Shown piece by piece: positions 22,960 to 32,552 of a DNA stretch of 64,000 nucleotides (within the stretch, counting starts at the first letter, position 1; each line of letters begins with the position of its first letter). The stretch covers positions 19,287-83,286 of the forward strand of contig CALLCZ010000037.1 in the NCBI GenBank assembly GCA_937998645.1. The letters are read 5' to 3'. Source of the stretch: an uncultured Gammaproteobacteria bacterium (GTDB taxonomy: Bacteria; Pseudomonadota; Gammaproteobacteria; SZUA-229). Made by a program: the position numbers and the translations under genes. The notes beneath the pieces were generated by a model. It made no database searches. It saw nothing but the letters and a program-made list of their open reading frames with translations, and had not been told where the DNA came from.

Positions 22960-24006
22960 ATGGCTGATAGCAGGGCTGTCAAATCACTGCGCAGCTCGCC
23001 GCACCTGAAACAGTCGGTGACGGTCGCGCAGATCATGCGCAACGTGGTGTTCGCACTGATACCGGTCTGTGCCTGGTCGGTTTACGCTTTCGGCTTCAGC
23101 GTGCTGCTGTTGCTGGCGACGACCACCCTGGTGTGCATGCTCAGCGAGGCCATGTTCTGCCGGATTTCAGGCAGGACGAGCAGCCTCGGTGACTGGAGCA
23201 TCGTGATCACCGGCCTGCTGCTGGGACTGACCCTGCCACCCGGTTTCCCTTTATGGATGGCGGCTGTAGCCGCGTTCGTTGCAGTCGGGCTGGGCAAGGC
23301 GCTGTTCGGCGGCCTGGGCTACAACGTGATGAATCCGGCGCTGGTCGGCCGTGCTTTCGTGCAGGCCGCTTTTCCGGTCGCGATCACCACCTGGTCGCCG
23401 CCATTTCTGCCGGGCCGGTTCACCGAACTGATACCTTCGACCCTGACTGCCCCCTTCATGATGCCGGAACCAATCGATGCCTGGATCGATCAGAAGTCGA
23501 TCGATGCCTTTAGCGGGGCAACACCGCTGGCACTGCAGAAGTTCGAACAGGTATCCACGCCACTGACGGAGCTGTTGACCGGTACCGTGTCGGGTTCGGC
23601 CGGTGAAACTTCGGCGATTATCATCCTGCTGGGCGGCATCTATCTCGCGGCGCGCAGGATGATGGACTGGCGACTGCCGGTCGGTGTCATGCTCGGAGCG
23701 GTCATCGTCAGTCTGCCTTTCTGGCTGCTCGATGCGGCCCGCTATCCGGATCCGCTGTTCGTACTGCTATCCGGCGGTTTGATGCTGGCTGCGGTTTTCA
23801 TGGTCAGCGACATGGTGGCTTCACCGGTCACGCCGCTCGGCGTCTGGGTCTACGCCCTGTTCATCGGCATGCTGACCGTGGTGATTCGCCTGTTCGGTGG
23901 TCTGACCGAGGGCGTGATGTACGCGATCCTTCTAGGTAACGCGATATCGCCGCTGATTTCGCTGGTGACCCAGCCGAAGGTATTCGGCGAGAGGAACAAG
24001 TCGTGA
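22960..24006 (+). CDS. rnfD: Rnf complex subunit D
   Basis: NqrB-like polytopic membrane protein. Confidence 0.9.
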   Translation: MADSRAVKSLRSSPHLKQSVTVAQIMRNVVFALIPVCAWSVYAFGFSVLLLLATTTLVCMLSEAMFCRISGRTSSLGDWSIVITGLLLGLTLPPGFPLWMAAVAAFVAVGLGKALFGGLGYNVMNPALVGRAFVQAAFPVAITTWSPPFLPGRFTELIPSTLTAPFMMPEPIDAWIDQKSIDAFSGATPLALQKFEQVSTPLTELLTGTVSGSAGETSAIIILLGGIYLAARRMMDWRLPVGVMLGAVIVSLPFWLLDAARYPDPLFVLLSGGLMLAAVFMVSDMVASPVTPLGVWVYALFIGMLTVVIRLFGGLTEGVMYAILLGNAISPLISLVTQPKVFGERNKS

Positions 24007-24686
24007 GCCAGGCGGATATCAACACGGCAGTCGTGGACCCCGGCCTGACCACCCGGATGCTGCGTACGCTGGGGCTGGTTGCAATGCTGTCCGGTCTGCT
24101 GGTGGTGCTGACCTATCGATTCACCCTGCCAATGATCGAGGAGAACAAGCGTCTTGCGATCGAGCGTGCACTGTTCAAGGTGATACCCGGAGCCGTGTCG
24201 AGACAGGATTTCGTGATCACGGAACAGGGAATACGCAGGGCCGAGCAGAATACTGAGGGCGTCACGCTGTACGCGGGCTATGATCAGGAGGGCCGTTTGA
24301 AGGGTGTAGCGCTGGAGGCTGCGGCAGCCGGCTATCAGGATGTGATACGCATCCTCTACGGCTACGATCCCTATTGCCAGTGTATCCGCGGCTTCCAGGT
24401 GTTGAAGATGGCAGAAACGCCGGGCATTGGTGACAAGATCATCAAGGATGCGGACTTTCAGCAAAACTTTGTCGCGCTGGAGGCGCGTGCGCATGTATCG
24501 GGCAAAGGCCTCGAGCAAGCGATCGTACCGGTCAAGCACGGCACCAAGACCGAGCCCTGGCAGATCGATACCATTTCGGGGGCGACCATTACTTCGAAAG
24601 CGATCGCGCGCATGCTCAACGACAGTGCTCAACAGGTCGTGCCTATCATTCAGAAGGATCTTGCGATCGTGGAGGCCGGACTTTGA
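24003..24686 (+). CDS. rnfG: Rnf complex subunit G (FMN-binding)
   Basis: N-terminal TM and TISGATITSKA FMN-attachment motif; 4-bp overlap with rnfD. Confidence 0.85.
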   Translation: MSQADINTAVVDPGLTTRMLRTLGLVAMLSGLLVVLTYRFTLPMIEENKRLAIERALFKVIPGAVSRQDFVITEQGIRRAEQNTEGVTLYAGYDQEGRLKGVALEAAAAGYQDVIRILYGYDPYCQCIRGFQVLKMAETPGIGDKIIKDADFQQNFVALEARAHVSGKGLEQAIVPVKHGTKTEPWQIDTISGATITSKAIARMLNDSAQQVVPIIQKDLAIVEAGL

Positions 24687-24764
24687 AACGGGATAATTAC
24701 AGGTACCAGTGCAGTGTGGCAAGCCGGGGTGATCTGCTGCGGTGCCTGCATGGAGGAGCGCGAC

Positions 24765-25424
24765 ATGTCCGGGCTGCCTGATACAACGGAAAAAATCACG
24801 CTCGACACCTTCCTGCGCGGCTTGTGGGAGGAGAACCCGGTATTCGTGATGTTGCTGGGTATGTGCCCGGTACTCGCGGTTACGAATTCGGCCATCAATG
24901 CGCTGGCAATGGGGCTGGCCAGTACGTTTGTCCTGGTCGCGTCCAACAGCCTGGTGTCACTGATGCGCCATTTCATTCCGAAGCAGGTGCGCATCGCGAC
25001 CTATATCATCATTATCGCGACCTTTGTCACCATGGTCGATTACGCGATCCAGGCGATCAGTCTGGACCTGTACAACGCGCTGGGCGCCTTTATCCAGCTG
25101 ATCGTGGTGAACTGCATGATACTCGGTCGCGCCGAGGCCTATGCGTCGAAACAGCCGCTGGGTGCCACGATCATCAACGGTCTGGGTATCGGAGCAGGAT
25201 TCACGCTGGCGTTGTTGAGTCTGGGCACGGTGCGGGAAATTCTGGGTTCGGGTTCGTTGTTCGGTGTCGCCCTGTTCGGTGAAAACTTTCAGCCCTGGGT
25301 GGTCATGGTGCTGCCGCCGGGCGGTTTTTTCGTGCTCGGTGCCTGGCTGCTGATCTTTGCATGGGTTGGACAGCACCGGCAGCAGCGTATGGATCAACAG
25401 GAGGTGGCCCAGCATGACAGCTGA
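24765..25424 (+). CDS. rnfE: Rnf complex subunit E
   Basis: LWEENPVFVMLLGMCPVLAVT matches the RnfE/NqrD N-terminus. GGAGG RBS before the ATG at 24765; the track ORF starts further upstream. Confidence 0.85.
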   Translation: MSGLPDTTEKITLDTFLRGLWEENPVFVMLLGMCPVLAVTNSAINALAMGLASTFVLVASNSLVSLMRHFIPKQVRIATYIIIIATFVTMVDYAIQAISLDLYNALGAFIQLIVVNCMILGRAEAYASKQPLGATIINGLGIGAGFTLALLSLGTVREILGSGSLFGVALFGENFQPWVVMVLPPGGFFVLGAWLLIFAWVGQHRQQRMDQQEVAQHDS

Positions 25425-26004
25425 TTCCGTCGGTTACATTTTTATGAATGCAGCCATCGTCAACAATTTCGTGCTGGCGATGTTCCTCGGCATCTGCCCG
25501 TTCCTGGGCATTTCCGCCAAACGCGACACGGCCTGGAGTATGGGACTCGCGGTGATATTCGTGATGCTGGTCAGTTCGATCTGTGCGTACGGCATCAACT
25601 GGATGTTGACGCGGTTCGAGATCGAGTATCTGCGCCTGATCTGCTACATAGCGGTGATAGCCTCCGCGGTCCAGCTGGTAGAGATGACGATGAAAAAATA
25701 CAGCCCGGCACTGTTTCGAGCACTCGGTATTTTTCTGCCGCTGATCACGACCAACTGCGCAATACTGGGCGTCGCGCTGTTCCAGACATCACGGGAATAC
25801 AGCTTTACGCAAAGCGTCGCCTTCAGTCTCGGCGCGGGTGTGGGCTTTACCATTGCGTTGATGTTGATGGCCGGCTTGCGTCAGCATCTGGAGCTGGCTA
25901 AAGTGCCCAGCGTCAGTCAGGGCGCTGCGATGACCATGATGCTGGCAGGCCTGCTGTCGCTGGCCTTCATGGGCTTTGCCGGCCTGGGGGCATCGCATGG
26001 TTGA
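25414..26004 (+). CDS. rnfA: Rnf complex subunit A
   Basis: NAAIVNNFVLAMFLGICPFLG matches the RnfA/NqrE N-terminus; start overlaps the rnfE stop. Confidence 0.85.
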   Translation: MTADSVGYIFMNAAIVNNFVLAMFLGICPFLGISAKRDTAWSMGLAVIFVMLVSSICAYGINWMLTRFEIEYLRLICYIAVIASAVQLVEMTMKKYSPALFRALGIFLPLITTNCAILGVALFQTSREYSFTQSVAFSLGAGVGFTIALMLMAGLRQHLELAKVPSVSQGAAMTMMLAGLLSLAFMGFAGLGASHG

Positions 26005-26215
26005 TTTTGTGATCGCCAGTGTCGCAATAATGGTACTGTTGTGCGGCTGGCTGTTCGTACAGCACCTGGCGCGGCATTTTGCAGCACGGCACCCCGAATT
26101 CGGTCCGGCGCGTGAAGAAGGCAGCGGCTGCGGTCACAGCTGTCTGTGCACCGGCGGTAGCTGCGACAGAAAAGCGCACCGTTCGGCGGCGACAACCGAT
26201 AACAGAGACAGTTAA
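25997..26215 (+). CDS. small NqrM-like (DUF539-like) membrane protein with a Cys-rich tail, translationally coupled to rnfA
   Basis: MVDFVIASVAIMVLLCGWLFVQ (TM) followed by GSGCGHSCLCTGGSCDRK. ATGGTTGA junction overlaps the rnfA stop. Confidence 0.5.
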   Translation: MVDFVIASVAIMVLLCGWLFVQHLARHFAARHPEFGPAREEGSGCGHSCLCTGGSCDRKAHRSAATTDNRDS

Positions 26216-26234
26216 AGTGGGAGGTGGAAATGTT

Positions 26235-27098
26235 ATGAGTGAACTGAGCGATTACGATAGATCGTATCAACATGGGGCGACGGTCATCAGCACGGAGCGA
26301 ATTACACCCGATGATGTGCCCGAGGTGCGCAGTATTATGCTGCGGATCGATCAGCCGGACTTTACCTATCTTGAAGGTCAGCATGTCGGTGTAATCGTAC
26401 CGGGCCCCCATGAGTTCGGTCATGAAACGCATTTCAGGCTCTATACCATCGCCAACAGCCCGGTACAGCACCCCGGTGACTCAACCGAAATCGAACTCTG
26501 CGTCAGGCGTTGTTTCTACATCGATGAATTCAGTGGTGAGGAGCACCCGGGAATCGCCTCGAACTACCTGTGCGATCTGAATGTCGGCGACAATATCGTC
26601 CTCAGCGGACCTTACGGGTCGGCTTTCAACCTGCCTGCCGACCCCGATACCAATTTGCTGATGATCGGCAGCGGGACCGGCATCGCGCCGTTCCGGGCCT
26701 TTATGCAGTTCATCTACGAACATCAGCAGGACTGGAAAGGACAGATCGTGCTGTTTTACGGCGCACGCACCGGTATGGAAACACTCTACCGCAACGATCT
26801 GAAAAATGATCTCGACAAGTACTATGACCAGAAGACTTTCCGGGCCTTCGAAGGCTTGAGCAAGCGTCCCTGGATGCAAACCGATGACGGTCTGCATAAC
26901 GTGCTCGAGGAAAACGCGGTCGATATCTGGGAGCTGATGCAGGACCCGAAAACACACGTGTACCTGGCCGGGCTGGAAAACACGAAAGATAATTTCGAAA
27001 AGGTCATGCAGGAGGCCGCCGGTTCAAACGCACGCTGGCGCTGGATGCAGGAGGAAATGAAGGAGCAGGAGCGCTGGTCCGAGTTGATCTACAGCTAG
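26235..27098 (+). CDS. fpr: ferredoxin-NADP+ reductase (FNR/Fpr family)
   Basis: RLYTIANS FAD-binding motif and GSGTGIAPFRAF NAD(P)-binding motif. GGAGGTGG RBS before the ATG at 26235. Confidence 0.85.
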   Translation: MSELSDYDRSYQHGATVISTERITPDDVPEVRSIMLRIDQPDFTYLEGQHVGVIVPGPHEFGHETHFRLYTIANSPVQHPGDSTEIELCVRRCFYIDEFSGEEHPGIASNYLCDLNVGDNIVLSGPYGSAFNLPADPDTNLLMIGSGTGIAPFRAFMQFIYEHQQDWKGQIVLFYGARTGMETLYRNDLKNDLDKYYDQKTFRAFEGLSKRPWMQTDDGLHNVLEENAVDIWELMQDPKTHVYLAGLENTKDNFEKVMQEAAGSNARWRWMQEEMKEQERWSELIYS

Positions 27099-27343
27099 CC
27101 CGCATTTCTCACCAGGCGGCGTAGGATTCTGATAAGGCTTTTGTCTCTTTGAAGAAAACCCGGGTGATCAAAATACAGTGTGTTTTTCAAGCATGCCTAT
27201 CACGGTTCAGGCTGGTCTTCGCGTCCGCAAGCTTGCTCTTCACTCAAACCGTAGCTATTGCTACGCTTTTCGCTCCAGAGCGGCGCTTACGAACACGAAT
27301 CCTGCGCCTGCTCCCGTGATCCTGGTGAGAAATGCGGGCTAGC
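27097..27343. repeat. ~250-bp element bounded by a 21-bp perfect (34-bp imperfect) inverted repeat; overlaps the fpr stop codon
   Basis: TAGCCCGCATTTCTCACCAGG at 27097-27117 and its reverse complement CCTGGTGAGAAATGCGGGCTA at 27320-27340. Extended arms ggcgtaggattc / gaatcctgcgcc. Confidence 0.45.
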
Positions 27344-27548
27344 CCGCTTTATGCATCGATAATGTTTGCAGGAGCGGCCCATCGACTTGGCTCAGGACAG
27401 GCTTTAGCCGCGAAACACGCCAAGGACGCAAAAGCGTTAGCAATATTTTGCATCCCGTGCGCGATGTTAATAGCAGGCATTGATCACTTTCGCGTATTTA
27501 GCGTCTAAAGCCGCTTACACGGCGAGGCATCCATGCCTTGCCCCAGGA

Positions 27549-28616
27549 TCAGCTTCGTTCATCCAGCCAGGCGCCGATGGCCGGTGGCACCTGTTTTTGT
27601 GCCTTGCCGCTGACGTAAATGCCGATGTGCCCGCCAGGGAACGACAGCTCGGTGTAATCGTCCGTGCCCACATGTTGCTTCAGGGCCTGTGAGGCCGACG
27701 GCGGCACCAGGTGGTCCTGCATGGCGTACACATTGAGCACCGGCATCTTGATGTTGCCGAGGTCTACGGTCTTGTCGCCGATCTGCACGTCACCTTTGAT
27801 CAACTTGTTGGCCTGGTAAAAATCCTTGATGAACTGTCGATAGGCTTCGCCGGCCTGGTCAGGGCTGTCGAATATCCATTTCTCCATGCGCATGAAGTTC
27901 TTCAGCTGAGCGGGATTGTCGAGCAGGTCGACCATGTTCATATATTTCTGCCCGGCGAGCTGGTATGGCTTCAGCATAAGGAATGTCCAGTTGAGCAGTT
28001 CGCCCGGAATGTTGCCCAGTGTATCGACCAGCAGATCGATGTCGATGTTGCGCGCCCAGATCGAGAGCATATTGTCGGGTGTATGAAAGTCCACGGGTGT
28101 GACCATGGTGACTAGATTGGATACCTTTTCAGGATGCATCGCCGTGTAGCACAGGCTGAAGGTGCCGCCCTGACAGATGCCGAGTATGTTTACTGCGTCG
28201 ATGTCATGACGACGGCAGATGACATTCACGCAACGGTTTATATAGCCGTTGATATAGTCGTCGAGGTCAAGATAACGGTCGGCCCGGTCCGGGTAGCCCC
28301 AGTCGATCAGGTACACGTCGAGTCCTGCTTCCAGCAGTCCGCGCACGGTGGAGCGGTTCTCCTGCAGGTCGGTCATGTAGGGGCGATTGACCAGTGCATA
28401 AACGATCAGCAGTGGAATACGGTTCTGCACTTTCTTCGTGTCCGGCTGGAAACGGTACAGCACCATCTTGTCCTCATGGTAAACGGGTTCCTTCGGCGTG
28501 ACGCCGGCTGGAATGTCACCCACCTCCATCAGGTTCTGCAGCCCGTGGCCGAGCTTCTGGCTGAAGTTGGTGAGTTCCTCGAGTGCCTGGTCGGGGCGGA
28601 TCTGTATGGGAATCAT
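27549..28616 (-). CDS. phaC: class III poly(3-hydroxyalkanoate) synthase subunit PhaC
   Basis: 355 aa with lipase-box GICQGG. Strong RBS AAGGAGG. Lies 12 bp downstream of phaE. Confidence 0.95.
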   Translation of the reverse strand: MIPIQIRPDQALEELTNFSQKLGHGLQNLMEVGDIPAGVTPKEPVYHEDKMVLYRFQPDTKKVQNRIPLLIVYALVNRPYMTDLQENRSTVRGLLEAGLDVYLIDWGYPDRADRYLDLDDYINGYINRCVNVICRRHDIDAVNILGICQGGTFSLCYTAMHPEKVSNLVTMVTPVDFHTPDNMLSIWARNIDIDLLVDTLGNIPGELLNWTFLMLKPYQLAGQKYMNMVDLLDNPAQLKNFMRMEKWIFDSPDQAGEAYRQFIKDFYQANKLIKGDVQIGDKTVDLGNIKMPVLNVYAMQDHLVPPSASQALKQHVGTDDYTELSFPGGHIGIYVSGKAQKQVPPAIGAWLDERS

Positions 28617-28628
28617 GGTCGCTCCTCC

Positions 28629-29792
28629 TTATTTTCTGGTTGTTGCCTTGCGGGCAGTGGTTTTTTTCGTAGTGCGCTTTTTAGGCGAGGCGGGTTGTGC
28701 GGCTGCCTTCTTCGTTGTGCGCTTTTTCGCGGGCGTACGTTTTTTCACAGGCGCGGCTTTCTTCGACGCCACCGGTGACGCGGCAGGGCGCTCAGTCTCA
28801 TCGCGCAGCTGATCGATTTCTTCGCGCAGGGCGCGGTATCCGCGACGCATTTCGTGCAGGCGCTGGTGTAGCGTGTTGATCTCGCGGTGCGTTGGCATGT
28901 TCATGGACTCGAGCATCTCGTCAACGAGCAGCGAACTGTGGCGCTTGACCTGCATCAGCGCGTTGACCATTTCGCCGTACATCTCCGAGTATTCGCCGCT
29001 CATTGCATACTCGCCATAGACTTCTTCACAGGCGTCGACCCAGATGTTGTAGAACTCTCTCAGGCTGGTCACGGGTTCATCCGATGAGGCGGACTCGTTG
29101 AGTTTTTCCTGGAAGCGGTCGGTCGACTTGACGCCAACCTTGGACAGTGCGATCGCGTAGTCCTGCATTGCTTTCTGGTAGTCGAGCACCATGCGTGCCA
29201 GCTGCTGGTATTGCTCCTGGGACTCGCGCGAGTAGCCCACGCCGGGCATGGAAAGAAAGCGGTCCAGGTGCATGCGCATGTCGCCGGCCATTGCATCCGC
29301 ACCTTCCGGATGGAGTGCTTTCAGGAAATCGCCGGGCATTGGCGAAAACGAGGATGCGGTGCGCTGCCAGGTATCCATCGGCATGTTCCAGAAAGACATG
29401 AAATCTCGCATGTGGGGATCCTGCTGTGCGCTGAGAGATGTGCCCCAGGCGTTGCAGGCCTCGCGAACCCGGTCCAGCCAGTCGCTGACCATGTCCCCGG
29501 CTGTCTGTTCGCCCCCGCCTGGCGTTGCCGACACGTGTTCGGCCATACTGAAATACGACTTGCCCATGCCGACGAGCTTGTCGAAGAAGTCCTGCAGCAG
29601 GGGAGCGGTGCCGCTGGTCATCGGCGATACCGCTTTCCACCACTGGTCCAGCCCATCGGCCCAGGGGTTGTCAACTGCCTGATCTTTTGTAGCAGCCGTG
29701 CTGGCTTGCCGTGTCATGTCCATCCAGGCGTCCCAGAATTTGCGCTGGGCATCGAGCCAGGGTTCCGAAGAAAAAGGGTTTGAGTCTGTCAT
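28629..29792 (-). CDS. phaE: class III PHA synthase subunit PhaE with a Lys/Ala/Pro/Thr-rich histone-H1-like C-terminal tail
   Basis: PhaE-like N-terminus (MTDSNPFSSEPWLDAQRKFWDAWMD) with a GGAGG RBS at the ATG at 29792; the track start at 29870 is a TTG. Tail reads AASPVASKKAAPVKKRTPAKKRTTKKAAAQPASPKKRTTKKTTARKATTRK. Confidence 0.85.
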   Translation of the reverse strand: MTDSNPFSSEPWLDAQRKFWDAWMDMTRQASTAATKDQAVDNPWADGLDQWWKAVSPMTSGTAPLLQDFFDKLVGMGKSYFSMAEHVSATPGGGEQTAGDMVSDWLDRVREACNAWGTSLSAQQDPHMRDFMSFWNMPMDTWQRTASSFSPMPGDFLKALHPEGADAMAGDMRMHLDRFLSMPGVGYSRESQEQYQQLARMVLDYQKAMQDYAIALSKVGVKSTDRFQEKLNESASSDEPVTSLREFYNIWVDACEEVYGEYAMSGEYSEMYGEMVNALMQVKRHSSLLVDEMLESMNMPTHREINTLHQRLHEMRRGYRALREEIDQLRDETERPAASPVASKKAAPVKKRTPAKKRTTKKAAAQPASPKKRTTKKTTARKATTRK

Positions 29793-29895
29793 CCGGTGTG
29801 CCTCCGGGTAGTTGGTGGTTACAGGTCTCGAGCCTTGTACTGTTTTTTTGGCTCGGGGCTTTTCATTCAAGAGTGACCTATGGTAGCATGAAATT

Positions 29896-29908
29896 TGTGC
29901 AGTGCAAC
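29896..29908 (+). promoter_or_regulatory. PhaR-box-like TGTGCAGTGCAAC in the phaE / phaA divergent intergenic region
   Basis: Matches TGCTGCAGTGCAC of the phaP promoter at 11 of 13 positions; inverted repeat GTGCTGG-attg-CCAGCAC lies adjacent. Confidence 0.35.
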
Positions 29909-30051
29909 AAAAAAGCGTGCTGGATTGCCAGCACCGGTAACGGGCGGCTCTTCAATCAAGCGTGTGACAGGTATTTTCGTAGCGATTATTGCCGGCTTGA
30001 TACGAAGGGGTTCGTCTTGGCAGAATCGGAGAGACTGGAGAATTAAACAAA

Positions 30052-31235
30052 TGAGTAAAGAAACTGTAATTGTGAGTGCGGCGCGCACACCTCTCGGTGT
30101 GTTCGGCGGCACATTGGCCGATATTCCGGCCAGCGGACTGGGTGCGACTGTCATCCGAGCCCTGCTTGAACGCTCGGGATTGGCGCCGGACCAGATCAAT
30201 GAGGTCATCATGGGACAGGTACTGACTGCCGGTATGGGGCAGAATCCGGCGCGACAGGCTGCCCTGGGTGCAGGCCTGCCCGTAGAGGTGACGGCCATGA
30301 CGATCAACAAGGTCTGCGGTAGTGGACTGAAGGCAGTGCACCTCGCTTCCCAGGCGGTGCGTTGCGGCGATGCCGATATCGTCATTGCGGGCGGCCAGGA
30401 AAATATGAGCATGGCGCCGCACGTGCTTCCGAAATCCCGCCAGGGTATGAAAATGGGTGACTGGAAGATGGTCGATACCATGGTCAGCGACGGCCTTTGG
30501 TGCGCCTTCGATGACTGCCACATGGGTTTGACCGCGGAGAACATAGCAGTCAACTATGATATCAGCCGCGAGGTGCAGGATGCGTTCGCCGCATCTTCAC
30601 AACAAAAGACCGAGGCGGCGCAAAAGGCCGGCGTGTTCGCTGACGAAATCGTGCCTGTCGAGATTCCTCAGCGCAAAGGCGATCCCGTCGTGTTCGATAC
30701 CGACGAGTTCCCGCGCGCTGGAACCACCGCCGAGGGACTTGGAAAGCTGCGCCCGGCCTTCAAGAAAGAGGGGACTGTTACTGCCGGCAACGCGTCGGGC
30801 CTCAATGACGGTGCTGCCGGAGTTGTAGTTATGTCCAGGGAAAAAGCAGACGAACTCGGGCTGGCGCCGATGGCACGAATAGTGTCTTTCTCGAGTGCCG
30901 GTGTCGAGCCTTCTGTTATGGGCACAGGCCCTATCCCTGCCACCACGCAATGCCTGGAGCGGGCCGGCTGGGAGGTTGGCGACCTCGATCTGATCGAGGC
31001 CAACGAAGCCTTTGCGGCCCAGGCCATATCAGTGAATCAAAGTCTTGGCTGGGACCTCGAAAAGGTCAACGTCAGCGGCGGCGCGATTGCGATCGGTCAT
31101 CCGATCGGCGCTTCAGGTGCGCGGGTACTGGTTAGCCTGCTGCACGGCATGAAACGCAACGAGGCACGCCGCGGACTCGCGACGCTTTGCATCGGCGGCG
31201 GCCAGGGCGTGGCCATGGCCGTCGAACTTATTTGA
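30052..31235 (+). CDS. phaA: acetyl-CoA acetyltransferase (beta-ketothiolase) PhaA
   Basis: Thiolase motifs [21 protein letters not shown] and CIGGGQG; start [14 protein letters not shown]. Confidence 0.95.
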
Positions 31236-31256
31236 AATCAAACGGGGGAAACAGAA

Positions 31257-32006
31257 ATGAGTGGAATACTTGATGGCAAGATCGCGCTGATTACCGGCGG
31301 CACCGGCGGCATCGGCAAGGCTACCTGCAAGCGCCTGACCAAAATGGGCGCCCAGGTGGTTTCAACCTATCTCGGTGAAAGCAAGGCCCTAGAGATGCGG
31401 GAACAGATGAAAGAACAGGGCTGCAATATCGCGATCTACCCCTGTGATGTGAGCGATTTCGACCAGTGCCAGGCGCTGGCGGAAAGCATTCAGAACGACA
31501 TCGGCCCTGTTGACATCGTGGTCAACAACGCGGGTATCACGCGCGACACGACCATGAAGAAGATGACAGCCGAACAATGGCAGGCGGTGATCAACAACAA
31601 TCTGAACAGTGTATTCAATGTCACGCGCGCTTTTATCGAAAGTATGCTGGAGCGCCAGACCGGTCGCGTTGTCAATATCTCATCAATCAACGGCCAGAAG
31701 GGACAGTTCGGTCAGGCCAACTACTCGGCGGCCAAGGCCGGTATCCATGGCTTCACTATGGCGCTTGCTCAGGAAGTGGCACGCAAGGGAATTACGGTAA
31801 ATACGGTATCGCCCGGCTATATCGCCACCGAAATGGTGATGGCCGTCCCCGAGGAGGTCCGCAACCAGATCATTGCGCAGATACCTGTGGGGCGCCTTGG
31901 AAAGCCCGAGGAAATCGCAGCCCTGGTCGGCTTCCTGGCCTCCGAGGATGCGGCCTTCATTACGGGCGCCAACTTCGCTGCCAACGGCGGCCAGCACATG
32001 CACTGA
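31257..32006 (+). CDS. phaB: acetoacetyl-CoA reductase PhaB (SDR)
   Basis: TGGTGGIGKA Rossmann motif and YSAAK catalytic motif. Confidence 0.95.
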   Translation: MSGILDGKIALITGGTGGIGKATCKRLTKMGAQVVSTYLGESKALEMREQMKEQGCNIAIYPCDVSDFDQCQALAESIQNDIGPVDIVVNNAGITRDTTMKKMTAEQWQAVINNNLNSVFNVTRAFIESMLERQTGRVVNISSINGQKGQFGQANYSAAKAGIHGFTMALAQEVARKGITVNTVSPGYIATEMVMAVPEEVRNQIIAQIPVGRLGKPEEIAALVGFLASEDAAFITGANFAANGGQHMH

Positions 32007-32031
32007 AACTGAACGAGGGAGTTTGACCAAG

Positions 32032-32514
32032 GTGGAACAACGCATCATCAAGAAGTACCCGAATCGCCGGCTTTACGATACCGAGGAGAGCAAGTACGTG
32101 ACGCTGGCGCATTTGCGCCAGCTGATCCATGACGGGGTAGAGTTCAAGGTAACCGACAGCCAGTCCGGCAAGGACATCACGCGCAGTATCCTGATCCAGA
32201 TCATCACTGAGCAGGAGGCGGGTAACGAGGCGTTGTTCAGCACAGAAATGCTGACTGATCTGATCCGTTTCTATGACGAAACGGTACACGACGTGTTTCA
32301 GAGCTACCTGGACCAGAGCCTGCAAGCATTTACGGAACAGCAGCAGGTCATCCAGCAGAGTATGGAGGGCCTGGTCGGCGCCAGGGCGGCCAAAACCATG
32401 TCCGAACTGACCGAACGTAATGTCGAACTCTGGATGGATATGCAGAAAGGATTTCTGGAGGCGGCGGGTCTGGCAACCGGCAAATCCGGCTCACGGAAAA
32501 AACCCGGGAAATAG
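32032..32514 (+). CDS. phaR: PHA synthesis repressor PhaR
   Basis: VEQRIIKKYPNRRLYDTEESKYVTL is the PhaR N-terminal DNA-binding signature. GTG start 12 nt after GAGGGA; the track ORF starts upstream inside phaB. Confidence 0.85.
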   Translation: MEQRIIKKYPNRRLYDTEESKYVTLAHLRQLIHDGVEFKVTDSQSGKDITRSILIQIITEQEAGNEALFSTEMLTDLIRFYDETVHDVFQSYLDQSLQAFTEQQQVIQQSMEGLVGARAAKTMSELTERNVELWMDMQKGFLEAAGLATGKSGSRKKPGK

Positions 32515-32552
32515 CGTCAGGCATTCTTCGCCTGCCGACTGCATAGAAAAAA

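Noticed and set aside
23850-24722. 290-aa minus-strand ORF spanning rnfD/rnfG
   Set aside because: Antisense to two well-supported Rnf genes.
29895-30051. Upstream extension of phaA given in the ORF track (start 29895)
   Set aside because: The extension covers the divergent promoter/operator region. A thiolase-like N-terminus ([13 protein letters not shown]) with an RBS begins at 30052.
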